From Myxococcota bacterium (GTDB taxonomy: Bacteria > Myxococcota_A > SURF-8 > G963663525): a DNA stretch of 64,000 nucleotides. Location: NCBI GenBank assembly GCA_963676915.2, contig CAXXVK010000006.1, positions 32,001 to 96,000 of the forward strand, written 5' to 3'. Shown piece after piece: positions 1 to 10,706 of the stretch. Positions within the stretch are counted from its first letter, which is position 1; the number at the start of each line of letters is the position of its first letter. A program made the translations under genes and the position numbers. The notes under the pieces are model-generated. The model had not been told where the DNA came from and did not search any database. It saw nothing but the letters and a program-made list of their open reading frames with translations.

Positions 1-297
1 GAACACGCGAAGGAAAAAACAAGCAACCACCCAAGCGTAAACCCAGCGAGACATCGATTTCGTATCATTGTGCAGTCCATTTCTAAAGGATAATACTTCT
101 AGCAACTGCGCCATGATAATGATCTCGATAGTATTTGTTAAGCTTTTGTTAGATTTTCATCAGGAACGATCCTCACTTTTCTCATTTATATTCGAATACT
201 TGCGTAAACAGAAGCATGAAATCCACGATTTCGCTTCGCAACTACGGTAAAATCACATATAGTGCCGAACAATTTTACTTGTTACTCGGGAGCTATC

Positions 298-1842
298 ATG
301 CACGTTAAACGCAATTCATCGACTCGAAGCCTACAGTGGAACCTCTACGTTGCAACAGCGATCCTTCTGCTTCTCTCCGGTGCAGCCTTTATTGGATGTA
401 ACTCGGACGACAACTCCCAGCAAAATGACGATCTGATCGAAGGCGATACAGATTCGGATCTCGAACCTGTGGAAACAGAGCAAGAACAGGAAATCGAAAT
501 CGATCCTTGGAGTACGCTCGAACCACAAGGAGAACCGATTCGAAGGATTCTGGGCGTTTCCTCCCATATGAAACAAAGCGCAGGAGAAAGTTGGACGAGA
601 GATTTGGAGTTCGAAAAGTACGACGAACTCGGAGGGGCTTGGATTCGGGAAGACTATCGCTGGCACCAGTTCGAACCCAGTGACGACGAATGGCATTTCG
701 AAGTGGTCACCGGCCAGGTCGAAATGGCTCAGGAAATCGGAAGCAATATCTTGGCTATGCTGGGATACTCGGTGGATTGGGCGATTGAAAACGAAGAAAC
801 CAGCACCATCGACCCGGAAGAGTACGGCGAGTTCGCCGGTGCGGTAGCAGGAGAATACTGCAATGAAATCAAACACTACGAAGTCTGGAACGAACCCAAT
901 CTCTCACGTTTCTGGAATCCCGAACAAGACCCGGATCATTACGGAAAAATCCTGAAAGCCGCGTATTCGGCCATCAAAGCCGCCTGTCCCGACGCACAGG
1001 TGGTTTTCGGTGGATTGTCGGCCCTGGACGACACCGACCCCGTAAACTGGTGGGCGTTTGTGGATCGCATTTACGAAGCGCATCCCGATATCTGTCAGGC
1101 CTTCGACATTATGGCGATCCATCCTTACACCTTCAATCAGCAGTTCAGCCCGGAAAGAGATTATTGGATCAACGATGAAATCTTCCTGCCCGGACAAACC
1201 TGGATGACGGATATCGTACGGGACAAGTTGTTAAAAATGGGTTGCGGCGACGCTCCGGTCTGGTACACGGAAGCCGGTTGGACCAGCTACGATATCGACG
1301 AAGACATCCAGGGACGTTTCCTCGCCCGTAGCATTCTGATTGCTGCGAAAGACCTCATCGGCTGCTATTTCTGGTACACTTTCTGGAACGGCGAACCTCG
1401 GACCGAGGGTTGGCGCCCCCATGAAGAGTATTTCGGCCTCTTCGGTTGGCCGGGAGATGAAGAACAACCGATTCGTCCCAAACCCGCATGGGTCGCCATG
1501 AAAGGGCTGGCGGATGTCATCGGAGACTATCGTTTCGCATCGGATCTATCCCCGTATCTCGACCTGCCAAACGATGTCTATGTACTGGCTTTTTCCAATG
1601 ATTCCGGTCGTGTAGCTTTAGCACTCTGGGACGGACGCGACAACCCGGACGGCTCTTTGGCACAAGAAGGAGAAGGCGGTTGGGATACGAGTTTCGACCT
1701 GACGTTGACTTTGCCTGAATCCGCAACGGACCTGATTCAATACGGAATCGATGGTTCGGAAACCGGAAGACCGGAGGCAAGTACATCACTTCAAGTAACT
1801 CTCACCCCTGAAGTGCAATACCTGACCTTTGAAAACAAATAG
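298..1842 (+). CDS. Clan GH-A glycoside hydrolase (GH39/GH5-like) lipoprotein
   Basis: Lipobox-like AFIGC, acidic linker, acid/base motif YEVWNEPN, nucleophile motif VWYTEAGW, IHPY. ATG at 298 preferred to the GTG at 262. Confidence 0.8.
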   Translation: MHVKRNSSTRSLQWNLYVATAILLLLSGAAFIGCNSDDNSQQNDDLIEGDTDSDLEPVETEQEQEIEIDPWSTLEPQGEPIRRILGVSSHMKQSAGESWTRDLEFEKYDELGGAWIREDYRWHQFEPSDDEWHFEVVTGQVEMAQEIGSNILAMLGYSVDWAIENEETSTIDPEEYGEFAGAVAGEYCNEIKHYEVWNEPNLSRFWNPEQDPDHYGKILKAAYSAIKAACPDAQVVFGGLSALDDTDPVNWWAFVDRIYEAHPDICQAFDIMAIHPYTFNQQFSPERDYWINDEIFLPGQTWMTDIVRDKLLKMGCGDAPVWYTEAGWTSYDIDEDIQGRFLARSILIAAKDLIGCYFWYTFWNGEPRTEGWRPHEEYFGLFGWPGDEEQPIRPKPAWVAMKGLADVIGDYRFASDLSPYLDLPNDVYVLAFSNDSGRVALALWDGRDNPDGSLAQEGEGGWDTSFDLTLTLPESATDLIQYGIDGSETGRPEASTSLQVTLTPEVQYLTFENK

Positions 1843-1861
1843 CTTATGTACCAAACAATAC

Positions 1862-1905
1862 AAAAGCGTGTAAGTACGAAACCCATCGTATTTACACGCT
1901 TTTTT
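1862..1905. terminator. Probable bidirectional intrinsic terminator
   Basis: AAAAGCGTGTAAGTACGA-6 nt loop-TCGTATTTACACGCTTTT between convergent genes. Confidence 0.7.
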
Positions 1906-1932
1906 ATTTCATCGTTATTTTATGATTGCCAT

Positions 1933-2595
1933 TCATTCCCAGGAAGAGATGGGATCATTCTCATTTTTCTCGTCGAGCAGCATCAATAGCAGTTCGATCG
2001 CCGTAGCCAGACCACGAAGTAACGCAAAAGCAATCCCGCCGAACAATGCCGAAATCACACCAATACCAACCAGTTGGCCAATTGTGGCGGAATAAAGGGA
2101 AATGGCGGTTCCCCACCCCCAGAGCAAAAAGAGCATCAAAACAACATTCGAGAAAAAGCGCAACGCCATCACTTTTTTGGCATATCGCTTTACAATCTCC
2201 TCATGAGTTCCAGAAATCCCAAGATACGCAAGCGTTTTTTCCAGTTTCAATGCCCGCATTCGGGACGTATCCTTCGTCATACTTTCCAAAGTACGCGTAG
2301 GTTCCGTTTCATTTTCCGATTCCGTCCCGTCCGAATGTTCCAAGTTGTCCGTCGTTTCATCGTTTTTTTGTTCTGGATTCAATTCCTCGTCCTGAACTAC
2401 CCCTTTCCATTCGGCCTCCTGCTGCGAGTTGGATGGGTTGTCCAGTCCCAGAAATTCTCCAACGGTCCCCCATTGTCCATTCAGGTGGTTAAAAAGCATG
2501 TGATCGGCGCTCATGCGGTTTTCATCGTACCATTCCTGGATGGTGTTTTTTTCGTACGCGACGTAATCGTTTTCCCCAATGCGAACCGTAAACAT
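1933..2595 (-). CDS. Hypothetical membrane protein (GYF_2-like N-terminus, acidic linker, two C-terminal TM helices)
   Basis: GAGG RBS before ATG at 2595; N-terminal TIQEWYDENRM...GQW pattern; hydrophobic C-terminal segments. Confidence 0.55.
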   Translation of the reverse strand: MFTVRIGENDYVAYEKNTIQEWYDENRMSADHMLFNHLNGQWGTVGEFLGLDNPSNSQQEAEWKGVVQDEELNPEQKNDETTDNLEHSDGTESENETEPTRTLESMTKDTSRMRALKLEKTLAYLGISGTHEEIVKRYAKKVMALRFFSNVVLMLFLLWGWGTAISLYSATIGQLVGIGVISALFGGIAFALLRGLATAIELLLMLLDEKNENDPISSWE

Positions 2596-2697
2596 CGTTA
2601 CCTCGCTTGAAAATGGCCCCGAAAAATCAACAAATTGTACAATATCGACACGTGCTGGTTGAAAAATTATCATAAACGACATTTTTCTTTCTGTCTA

Positions 2698-3564
2698 GAC
2701 AGTGTCGACACGAGAAAACGATTTATCTGGACAAAATCCTCGGCTTCTCGATATATTTCTATTTACTAGAATATATCGAGAGGAATTACCATGGAAGCTG
2801 CCTACCATCGTCACGATATTTCCGATCACGTATGGAATCTCCTGGAACCCCATCTACCTGGACGCTCCGGCGAGTGGGGAGGCGTGGCGGAAGACAATCG
2901 ACGATTCATCAATGCTGTTTTCTGGATTCTGCGTACCGGTGCGCCGTGGCGTGACCTACCCCCGGATTACGGTGGCTGGAACAACACGAACCGTCGTTTT
3001 TGCCGATGGCGCGACAAGGGAATCTGGGAGAAATTGCTTGAGATCCTCATTGACGATCCCGACTACGAATGGTTGATGATCGACGCCAGCCACGTCAAAG
3101 TGCATCCTGACGCCGCAGGAGCGAAGGGTGGCAATCAAGCGATGGGCCGTACAAAAGGGGGCTCAACAGTAAGATACATTTGGCCGTGGATGCGCATGGT
3201 AATCCAGTCCGAGCGATTGTTACAGAGGGTACCCGAGCAGATTGCAAGGAAGCTTGCGCATTGATCGAAGGAATCGACGCCGAGTATTTATTGGCTGATC
3301 GCGGCTACGATACGAACGTGATCCTTGAAAAAGCCGAAAACGCGGAGATGGTGGCAGTCATTCCTCCGAAAAAGAATCGGAAAGTTCAACGACCATACGA
3401 TAAAGAGCTTTATCGTGTTCGACATCTGGTCGAAAACGCTTTTCTGAAACTGAAACGATGGCGAGGAATCGCTACACGATACGCAAAAAACGCGGCATCT
3501 TTCCTCGCAGCCGTTCATATCAGATGTCTCGCTCTCTGGCTTGATATCTCGTGACGACACTGCC
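2698..3564 (+). mobile_element. IS5-family (IS427-like group) insertion sequence, 867 bp
   Basis: 18-bp terminal inverted repeats 2698-2715 (GACAGTGTCGACACGAGA) and 3547-3564, 16/18 identical; TA on both flanks in a CTAG context; split transposase. Confidence 0.92.
2791..3554 (+). CDS. IS5-family transposase, orfA (2791-3264) and orfB (3180-3554) joined by a -1 frameshift
   Basis: WILRTGAPWRDLP, MIDAS, LADRGYD, RHLVENAFLKLKRWRGIATRY. AAAAGGGGG at 3153-3161; a -1 shift gives GRTKGGLNSKIHLAVD. Confidence 0.9.
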
Positions 3565-3821
3565 TAGTGTCGCAATTTTTTGCAAGTTCTGGTACACTAT
3601 CGCCGAGCGTTTCAGTTGTCGATCTTTCAGCCGCAAATACATCCAATCGACTCCATAGGAAACAAAAAAGCACCGACGTTTTTCAAGTGAAATAAAATCG
3701 GTCTATGGTGGCGATACGGGAATTTCGGTGGAAAATCGGAGCTGAAAAATAGCGTGAGATACACTGAAAGGGGGGAAATGGTTACGCACCATCTAGGGAG
3801 TTTGAAGTAAAGGAAGTTTTC

Positions 3822-5687
3822 ATGTTCACGCTGTTAGTAGAAGCCAATGGAAAGAAAGCCGAACGATACGATTTCGATAAAGAAGAAGTCCTGATTGGTC
3901 GCATCCCCTCCGGTGACATTGTTTTGCGCTCTACCAACGTTTCCAAACAACATGCTCGAATCGTTCAACGCGACGGAAAATTCTTCATTATCGACCGCAA
4001 AAGCACCAACGGCTCGTACGTCAACGGAAAACGGGTTTCGGCTCCTCAATCTTTACGCAACGGAGATCGCCTGTTTATTGGTGATTTTCACATTACATTC
4101 GTTCTAAACGCGGAAGAATTGGGGATTACACTTCCCCAACCCAAAGGTGGCGTTGCCGCCGATCGTTCGAAATCCGGTCGAATCAAGACCAGTTACGGAA
4201 GTGATCCGACGATAGGTCGAACTTCTACGGATATTCCTGGGAAATCCACTCCTCTTTCCAATAACAATCCATTTGCCTCTTCCAATGATGAGGATACCGA
4301 GCCACCGCCGATTCCGGGAATGGAAGCTCCCGAACCTCTGCGTTTACGAGTCCCCGAACCTTCTTCGGCCATCGCTCCACCTTTGCACGGAGCCAGGGAT
4401 TTCGATCCTCTGGGACCGGGCTGGACTTTGCCACCTTTAGGAATTCCGGCCAAAGCTCCCGCTCTGGACATGGAACTTTCTCAGAAAAAAGGCAAAAAAC
4501 GAACCACCAAAGAATGTCGGTTCGAACTGTTTTCCAAGGCAATCAGTCAGCCTCAATATAATGAATCGTTTTGCAATCACGTCTGGACCGACAACGAAAA
4601 AGTCGTCATGGAAACCCGTGACGAACTGTTGCATTTCTGCGAAGAACTTTTCGGCGAAACCCTCGACTCCAGCCAATCCACCGACGTTGTGGAAAAAGTC
4701 TCTAACGAACTTTTAGGGCTGGGCGTACTCGACCGTTACCTGGATGATTCGGAAATCGAAGAGATTCTCGTAAATGGTCCGAATCAGGTATTAATTGTCC
4801 GCAACGGACGCAAAGAGAACACGGGCGACGTCTTTTCCGATGAAACCGCTTTGCAACTGGCGCTTCGCAGGCTATTGGGACAAGCCAAACTCGATACAAG
4901 CTTCGCTCCGACCTTGCCATTGCTCCAAGTTCATCTTCCCAATGGGCTGTATGTGGCCGCCATTCGTCATCCGTACTGTACGACGGGTACGGCACTGCGG
5001 ATCATCAAACCCATGAAGGAACAATGTACGTTCGACACGCTGATTGAAAAAGGCATGTTGAACGCCGAGATGAGCGACGCTATCAAAACCTATCTGTCCG
5101 AAGATAAAAATCTTCTTATATGCAGCAAACGCGAAGCGGAACGCAACCAGTTCCTCGGAGCGGTCATGAATGCCATCAAAACGGAAGAACGCGTCGTTGC
5201 CATCAACAACGGACTGTGCTCCTCCTTTGAACACGATGACTATCTTGCCATCAACCTTCGTCCGATGGGACTTTCCAGCCAGGGAATGCAAACGGCTCGT
5301 CGTGAGCTGGTTTCGATCATTCCCCGAATGCGCGGCGACAGAGTTTTCATGAGGGGTGTCAAACCCACCAACATTATGGACATCCTCTCGATGCTCAATG
5401 GCGGATTATCCAAAACCGTGCTTTGCGGTTTCGGAACGGACGTTCACGACGCCCTGACCCGGATGGAATTCATGGCCTGCATGGAATCGTCTCTGGAAAC
5501 CGGAATGATCAAAAACCTGCTGGGTAAAAACATCGATGTCGTGGTTGTCATCAAGGAATTCCCGGACGGTTCCCGCAAAATTTCAGAAGTCGCGGAAATC
5601 GGCTTTTCCGAGGGAGATTACCGGCTGGAACACAAATACGTTTTCGAAATGGAAAACGAAACGGAAGGAAACTTCAAGGCACTCTGA
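3822..5687 (+). CDS. FHA domain + CpaF/TadA-like secretion ATPase-fold protein with degenerate Walker motifs
   Basis: FHA motifs IGR, VSKQHA, STNGSYVNG; Pro-rich linker; CpaF-like LGLGVLDRYLDDSEIEEILVNGP and DGSRKISEVAEI; Walker A region reads CSKREAERN. Confidence 0.8.
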   Translation: MFTLLVEANGKKAERYDFDKEEVLIGRIPSGDIVLRSTNVSKQHARIVQRDGKFFIIDRKSTNGSYVNGKRVSAPQSLRNGDRLFIGDFHITFVLNAEELGITLPQPKGGVAADRSKSGRIKTSYGSDPTIGRTSTDIPGKSTPLSNNNPFASSNDEDTEPPPIPGMEAPEPLRLRVPEPSSAIAPPLHGARDFDPLGPGWTLPPLGIPAKAPALDMELSQKKGKKRTTKECRFELFSKAISQPQYNESFCNHVWTDNEKVVMETRDELLHFCEELFGETLDSSQSTDVVEKVSNELLGLGVLDRYLDDSEIEEILVNGPNQVLIVRNGRKENTGDVFSDETALQLALRRLLGQAKLDTSFAPTLPLLQVHLPNGLYVAAIRHPYCTTGTALRIIKPMKEQCTFDTLIEKGMLNAEMSDAIKTYLSEDKNLLICSKREAERNQFLGAVMNAIKTEERVVAINNGLCSSFEHDDYLAINLRPMGLSSQGMQTARRELVSIIPRMRGDRVFMRGVKPTNIMDILSMLNGGLSKTVLCGFGTDVHDALTRMEFMACMESSLETGMIKNLLGKNIDVVVVIKEFPDGSRKISEVAEIGFSEGDYRLEHKYVFEMENETEGNFKAL

Positions 5688-5772
5688 TTCTCTCCTCTTG
5701 CATTTTCTTCAAAACAATACCCATATCTTGTTGAAACCTCCCGAAATCGGGAAGCAATAAACGGACTTCGAC

Positions 5773-6513
5773 ATGACACCAGATGAAACCACGCAAAAAC
5801 CTTCCGAATCGGACAAATTACCAACCTCCGAGGAAAATTCACGAGAAGAGCAATCCATAACAGGCGAGCAAGAAAATACCTCTGAAGTTCAGAGTGATGA
5901 AGAAATAGCCTCTAGTGGAAATTCCGCCTCGATTTCCGCCGATCTTCAGAACATGCTCGACAAATTCGAGCAACGAATGAAAGATCGTGCCGCCGAAGAA
6001 GACGAGCGGGAACAAGCGTCTCAAAAAGAAAGTCCTATCGAACGCCTCGAAAGAGAATTACGGGAAAAAGACGCCCTTTTGCGCAAATACATCGCCGGAC
6101 ACAAAGAAGCGGTCGTACAATTCGAGCAAAGCCGAAACCGCCTGCAAAAAGACGTGAAAAATCAGGTAAAGCTATACACTCGTAAATTTCTGGAAGACCT
6201 CCTCGATGTCGTTGACAACCTCGACCGGGCGCTGGAATCCTACGAAAAAGATCCCAACGCCGAAGGATTTTTCGAAGGCGTCGCCATGGTACGCACGCAG
6301 TTTCTGCAAAAACTGAAGAAAAACGATGTGGAACGTATGGAAAGTCTCCATACAAGCTTCGATCCGTTGCTCCATGAGGCGATTTCCACCGTGCCGGTTG
6401 AAGACGAAGCCTTAAACGGAACTGTCGTGGGAATCGTCAAAGAAGGTTATACGATCGGAGAGGACATCTTGCGCCCGGCAACGGTCGCCGTCGGAAAGAT
6501 CAACCGATCTTGA
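5773..6513 (+). CDS. grpE: Nucleotide exchange factor GrpE
   Basis: DLLDVVDNLDRAL, FDPLLHEA, GYTIGEDILRPATVAV. Confidence 0.93.
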   Translation: MTPDETTQKPSESDKLPTSEENSREEQSITGEQENTSEVQSDEEIASSGNSASISADLQNMLDKFEQRMKDRAAEEDEREQASQKESPIERLERELREKDALLRKYIAGHKEAVVQFEQSRNRLQKDVKNQVKLYTRKFLEDLLDVVDNLDRALESYEKDPNAEGFFEGVAMVRTQFLQKLKKNDVERMESLHTSFDPLLHEAISTVPVEDEALNGTVVGIVKEGYTIGEDILRPATVAVGKINRS

Positions 6514-6761
6514 AGAAGTAGAAGCCATCCTAAAAACCAACAAATCACCTCAAAAACAGGTGGAAAGCTTTCGTTTTCTTCCGACAAACCATTCAAATCC
6601 CGTAACAACCGGAGTCCTATAGAAAAGACCGATTGGCTTACGAATCGGCATCTTTATTACATTAGAGCGATTCGTTTACTTCGCAGGCCGCTTGGTCTAC
6701 AATCCGGTCGAGTGAAAACGAAGCGTTGGACAGACGATTCCATGACGAAGACACGGTACCG

Positions 6762-8438
6762 ATGATCGGCAAAGAACTGGGCAAATACCGAATCGTTCGC
6801 GAGATCGGTCAAGGGGGAATGGCCACGGTATACGAGGCTATAGATACCACCTTGGAACGCTCGGTAGCCGTGAAAATTCTGCATCCGCATCTCGGACGCC
6901 AAAAAGAAGCGCTTGCGCGTTTTCGACGAGAAGCCAAAGTGGTCGCCCGTTTGAAGCATCCCAACGTCATCGAAGTTTACGATATTTCCGAGCCGGAAGA
7001 CGATCAACAGTACATCGTCAGCGAACTGATCGACGGTCCTACCCTCGCGGAATTTCAGAAGGAATACGGTGCATTTCCGGGAGAATTGGCAGCCTGCGTC
7101 GTGTATGAGTTGGCCCAAGCCCTCTGCCACGCCCACGAACACGGAATCATCCACCGGGACATGAAACCGGAAAACGTGATGATCCGCTCCGATGGCCGCG
7201 TAAAACTGATGGACTTCGGTATCGCCCGAATGTCCGAGGGAACCAACCTGACGGTCACCGGATCGGTCATGGGAAGTCCGGCGTTCATGTCGCCGGAACA
7301 AATCAACGGGGCGGAAATCGATCACCGCTCGGATCTGTTTTCTCTGGGAACCATTTTTTACGAACTCGTCACCGACCAACTTCCTTTCGACGGTCCCAAC
7401 CCTCATGCAGTGATCAAGCGTATTTGCGAAGGAGAATACGACAACCCGCAGCAACTCGCCCCCGCGATTTCCAACCGGCTGTCCGAGATCATTCAAAACC
7501 TTCTCAAAGTCAACGCCAACGAACGATATCCGACTGCTCACGAATTGCTCAACGATCTCAACCGTGTGTTGCATGAAGCGTCCATAGAGAATCCCGCCGC
7601 GACGCTTAACGCGGTGTTTACAAACCCGGATCGTGCATTCGAACGATTCAACCACGATCTCGTTCCGATTCTGGAACGCCTGGTTGCTTCCCTGGAATCC
7701 AACAACCCGGTCCGGGCCATGCGGGTCTGTTCGCGTATACTGGCCATCGACCCCGAACACTCGGCAACCAATCAAAAACTGCTGAAATTGATCCATTCGA
7801 CGAAAACCGACGATGAGCCACCCCAACGAAGGCGCAGGAATTTTTTCGCCTTTCTGGCCGTTGTCACCGTTATGCTCGTTGCTGGTGTAGGTTGGGCATT
7901 TTGGCCGAATTCCGGTACATCCGAAACAAATCGTTTCGAAAAACCCGTGTTTTCACCGCTTTACAGCTATCGACCACAAACGGAGATCGATTACCAAGCC
8001 CCCTACCCTGAAAGCGATTTTCGCAAGGAAGCCATCGGCCGAGTTCATCAGAAACCTTCCATCGGCATCGCGACATTTAAAAATCACGCTTCAGGTATCC
8101 ACACGATACGAAAAAGAATTCCCGATGTGAGACGTATCCCTTTGAAAAAACAACGAAAACTCGAACCCACTCCAGCCATTAGCGGTTATCTACGTGTCAT
8201 TGCAAGACCCCAGGCAACGATTTACATCAACGGAAAAATCGTCGGGAACTCACCCCAGGACGACGCCAAAACCTTCCGACTTCCGCAACGACACAACATC
8301 GTCCAACTGCGCAGTCCTTACCATCACCCACAGAAAATCTCCGTCGATATCACCAAAATGGACGAAACCGTAACCTTGCGCAGAAAAATGGAACTGAAAG
8401 AGGAATTTCGTAGTATGATGGGCGGCACGCAACCCTGA
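6762..8438 (+). CDS. Membrane Hanks-type Ser/Thr protein kinase with C-terminal PEGA-like domain
   Basis: IGQGGMATVY, VAVK, HRDMKPEN, DFG, SPEQ; TM helix after RRRR; GYLRVIARPQATIYING. Confidence 0.92.
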   Translation: MIGKELGKYRIVREIGQGGMATVYEAIDTTLERSVAVKILHPHLGRQKEALARFRREAKVVARLKHPNVIEVYDISEPEDDQQYIVSELIDGPTLAEFQKEYGAFPGELAACVVYELAQALCHAHEHGIIHRDMKPENVMIRSDGRVKLMDFGIARMSEGTNLTVTGSVMGSPAFMSPEQINGAEIDHRSDLFSLGTIFYELVTDQLPFDGPNPHAVIKRICEGEYDNPQQLAPAISNRLSEIIQNLLKVNANERYPTAHELLNDLNRVLHEASIENPAATLNAVFTNPDRAFERFNHDLVPILERLVASLESNNPVRAMRVCSRILAIDPEHSATNQKLLKLIHSTKTDDEPPQRRRRNFFAFLAVVTVMLVAGVGWAFWPNSGTSETNRFEKPVFSPLYSYRPQTEIDYQAPYPESDFRKEAIGRVHQKPSIGIATFKNHASGIHTIRKRIPDVRRIPLKKQRKLEPTPAISGYLRVIARPQATIYINGKIVGNSPQDDAKTFRLPQRHNIVQLRSPYHHPQKISVDITKMDETVTLRRKMELKEEFRSMMGGTQP

Positions 8439-8448
8439 CGGAGATGTT

Positions 8449-9369
8449 TTGACGATGGTTTTTCGTGTTTCGTCCATCCTGTTCCTATTTTTGCTTTTCG
8501 TTTCATTCGAAGCAATGGCGCAAACGAACGCCCCGGAATCGCCGGAACCGGAAGAAACCTCCGCCGAACCATCGACCGAGGAAAATTGGCTCAGTCTACC
8601 GCCAGTCGGAGAAGGCAGCGCACAAGACGAAATCCGTCGAGCGAAAAACCTGTACGACTACGGTAGCCATCAAAAAGTGGTGGATCGACTGGAGCGAGCG
8701 TTCGAATTGCAATTGTTTGCAGACAACGAGCTGAGGCGCGAGGCTCTGGCACTGATTGGCGTCAGCGCGTTCATTCTGGGAGACGAAACCCGTGCGGGTC
8801 GGTATTTTCTCGATCGACTGAGACTTGATCCCGATTTCCGCCTCAACCCCGTGCTCTATCCGCCGGCCATCATCGATTTCGTCGAACGCATCCGGCAGGA
8901 AAATCAAGAAGAACTGGACGCCATCCAGGCTCAAACGGGAGAACCTCAACCGCCCCAGGCAACTACGGAAGTAATCGAGAAAAAACCCTATTACGTCAAT
9001 TTCATCCCCTTCGGAGCGGGGCAATTCCAAAACGATCAGGATGTCAAAGGAGCGCTTTTCCTATCCAGCGAAGTCATAACTTTAAGTATCAATGTCACGG
9101 CTTATTTCGTAGCCCGTTCCATGGAAGGACCGGACGGCAAGTACTCATCTAATAATGCCACCCAGGCGCGAGACTGGACCATCGTGCAATACAGCGCTCT
9201 CGGAGCGTGTTTTCTTATCGCCATGGGTGGCATCATCGATGCCGCGTTGAATTGGCAACCGGAAAAACGAGTGGAACTCCTACCGGAAACAAACAACAGC
9301 GTTTCGAAAACCCAAACCAATACACCGGTTTTCAGATTTGAAGGCACCGGGGCAAGTTTGCGATTTTGA
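8449..9369 (+). CDS. Secreted/membrane TPR-like protein
   Basis: Signal peptide, helical repeat ending LRLDPDFRLNP, NFIPFGAGQFQN motif and hydrophobic segments; 10 bp after the kinase. Confidence 0.6.
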   Translation: MTMVFRVSSILFLFLLFVSFEAMAQTNAPESPEPEETSAEPSTEENWLSLPPVGEGSAQDEIRRAKNLYDYGSHQKVVDRLERAFELQLFADNELRREALALIGVSAFILGDETRAGRYFLDRLRLDPDFRLNPVLYPPAIIDFVERIRQENQEELDAIQAQTGEPQPPQATTEVIEKKPYYVNFIPFGAGQFQNDQDVKGALFLSSEVITLSINVTAYFVARSMEGPDGKYSSNNATQARDWTIVQYSALGACFLIAMGGIIDAALNWQPEKRVELLPETNNSVSKTQTNTPVFRFEGTGASLRF

Positions 9370-9386
9370 TTGAAAATTTCTGAGTT

Positions 9387-10706
9387 TTACGGTTCGACCA
9401 ACACCACCGTCACATCCATTACATTCGTTCGCGTCGGTCCCGTAATGTGCAGGTCACCGATAGCTTCGAAAAACGTCGCGGAATCTTGACGAAATAGCGC
9501 ATCTTTGGCCGAGTGTCCGCACGATTTGCCCTTTTCAACCGTTTTGGCCGACGCAAACGCCCCCGCAGCGTCGGTGGGACCGTCATTGCCGTCCGTGCCT
9601 GCCGCCAAACCATGAATACGAGGCTCGTTTTCGAGTTCCAAGGCCAATGCAAGGGCAAAATGCTGGTTACGCCCTCCTCTTCCGTGACCTTCTTTTAAAA
9701 CCACCGTCGTTTCACCTCCATACAGTAGGCAGACAGGCTTTGTTTCATCCTGTTGCAGGATCTTTTTTGCGGTATCGGCTACGGTTTTCGCTGCCCGTTC
9801 GGCATCTCCAACCAGACGATCCGTAACGATTTCCGCCCGGAACCCCAATTTCTCGGCCTTTTTCGCCGCCGCATCCAAGGCTTGTCGATTGGTCGCCAAC
9901 AGGTGATGACCGACCCGTCCGAAACAACGGTCACCGGGTTTGGGTGTCTCTTCGAGTTCACCGGATAGCCCCTTGCGCAAAACCTCGGCTGCCGACTCAG
10001 GAATACGTTGTTCCAGTTCGTAACGTTCGATCAGATTCCAGGCATCGCGAAAGGTCGAACGATCCGGCGCGGTCGGTCCCGAACCGATGACATCCAGATC
10101 GTCTCCAACAACGTCGGACACAAGCAACGTTCGAACCGTCGCAGGATAAGCCATACGAGCCAGACGCCCACCCTTGATTCGCGAAAGATGTTTCCGTAAT
10201 ACGTTGATTTCGTGAATATCCGCCCCGCATCCCAGCAACAATCGCGTCGTTTCCTGCTTATCATCCAGTGTCATTCCGAGTGCGGGAGCCGCCAGCAACG
10301 AGCTTGCACCGCCCGTAATCGCAACCAGCGCGAGGTCGTTCTCGCCAAGAGTTTCGGCTTTGGCCATCATGCGTTCGGTCGCCGCCTGCCCGGCTTCGTC
10401 CGGCACCGGGTGACTTGCTTCCCATAGTTTGCAACGGGACAACTCCATGCCATGCCCCGTTTTCACCACAATTTCACCACCATCGAGATACGTACCAAGC
10501 AAGGTTTCCAACTCTGCAACCATCGGGGCAGCGGCTTTTCCCGCCCCAAGAACCGTTACCGAATCGAAACGGTCGAGGTCGAAACGTTCCTCCCCGATGT
10601 GCAAAACGTTCCCATCTCTCTCGATGTGGCGACGCACAGCCTCATCCGGGCGCACGGCCTCCAATGCCGAAGAGAAAATCATGGAAAGCGCATCTCTGGG
10701 ATTCAT
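9387..10706 (-). CDS. Glycerate kinase, MOFRL/class II (GckA/TtuD-like)
   Basis: GAGKAA, ASHPVPD, TGGASSL, RKHLSRIKGG, SDVVGDDLDVIGSGPT, GGETTV, GRGGRNQ, GTDGNDG, TGPTRTNVMD; start overlaps the larA stop. Confidence 0.92.
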   Translation of the reverse strand: MNPRDALSMIFSSALEAVRPDEAVRRHIERDGNVLHIGEERFDLDRFDSVTVLGAGKAAAPMVAELETLLGTYLDGGEIVVKTGHGMELSRCKLWEASHPVPDEAGQAATERMMAKAETLGENDLALVAITGGASSLLAAPALGMTLDDKQETTRLLLGCGADIHEINVLRKHLSRIKGGRLARMAYPATVRTLLVSDVVGDDLDVIGSGPTAPDRSTFRDAWNLIERYELEQRIPESAAEVLRKGLSGELEETPKPGDRCFGRVGHHLLATNRQALDAAAKKAEKLGFRAEIVTDRLVGDAERAAKTVADTAKKILQQDETKPVCLLYGGETTVVLKEGHGRGGRNQHFALALALELENEPRIHGLAAGTDGNDGPTDAAGAFASAKTVEKGKSCGHSAKDALFRQDSATFFEAIGDLHITGPTRTNVMDVTVVLVEP

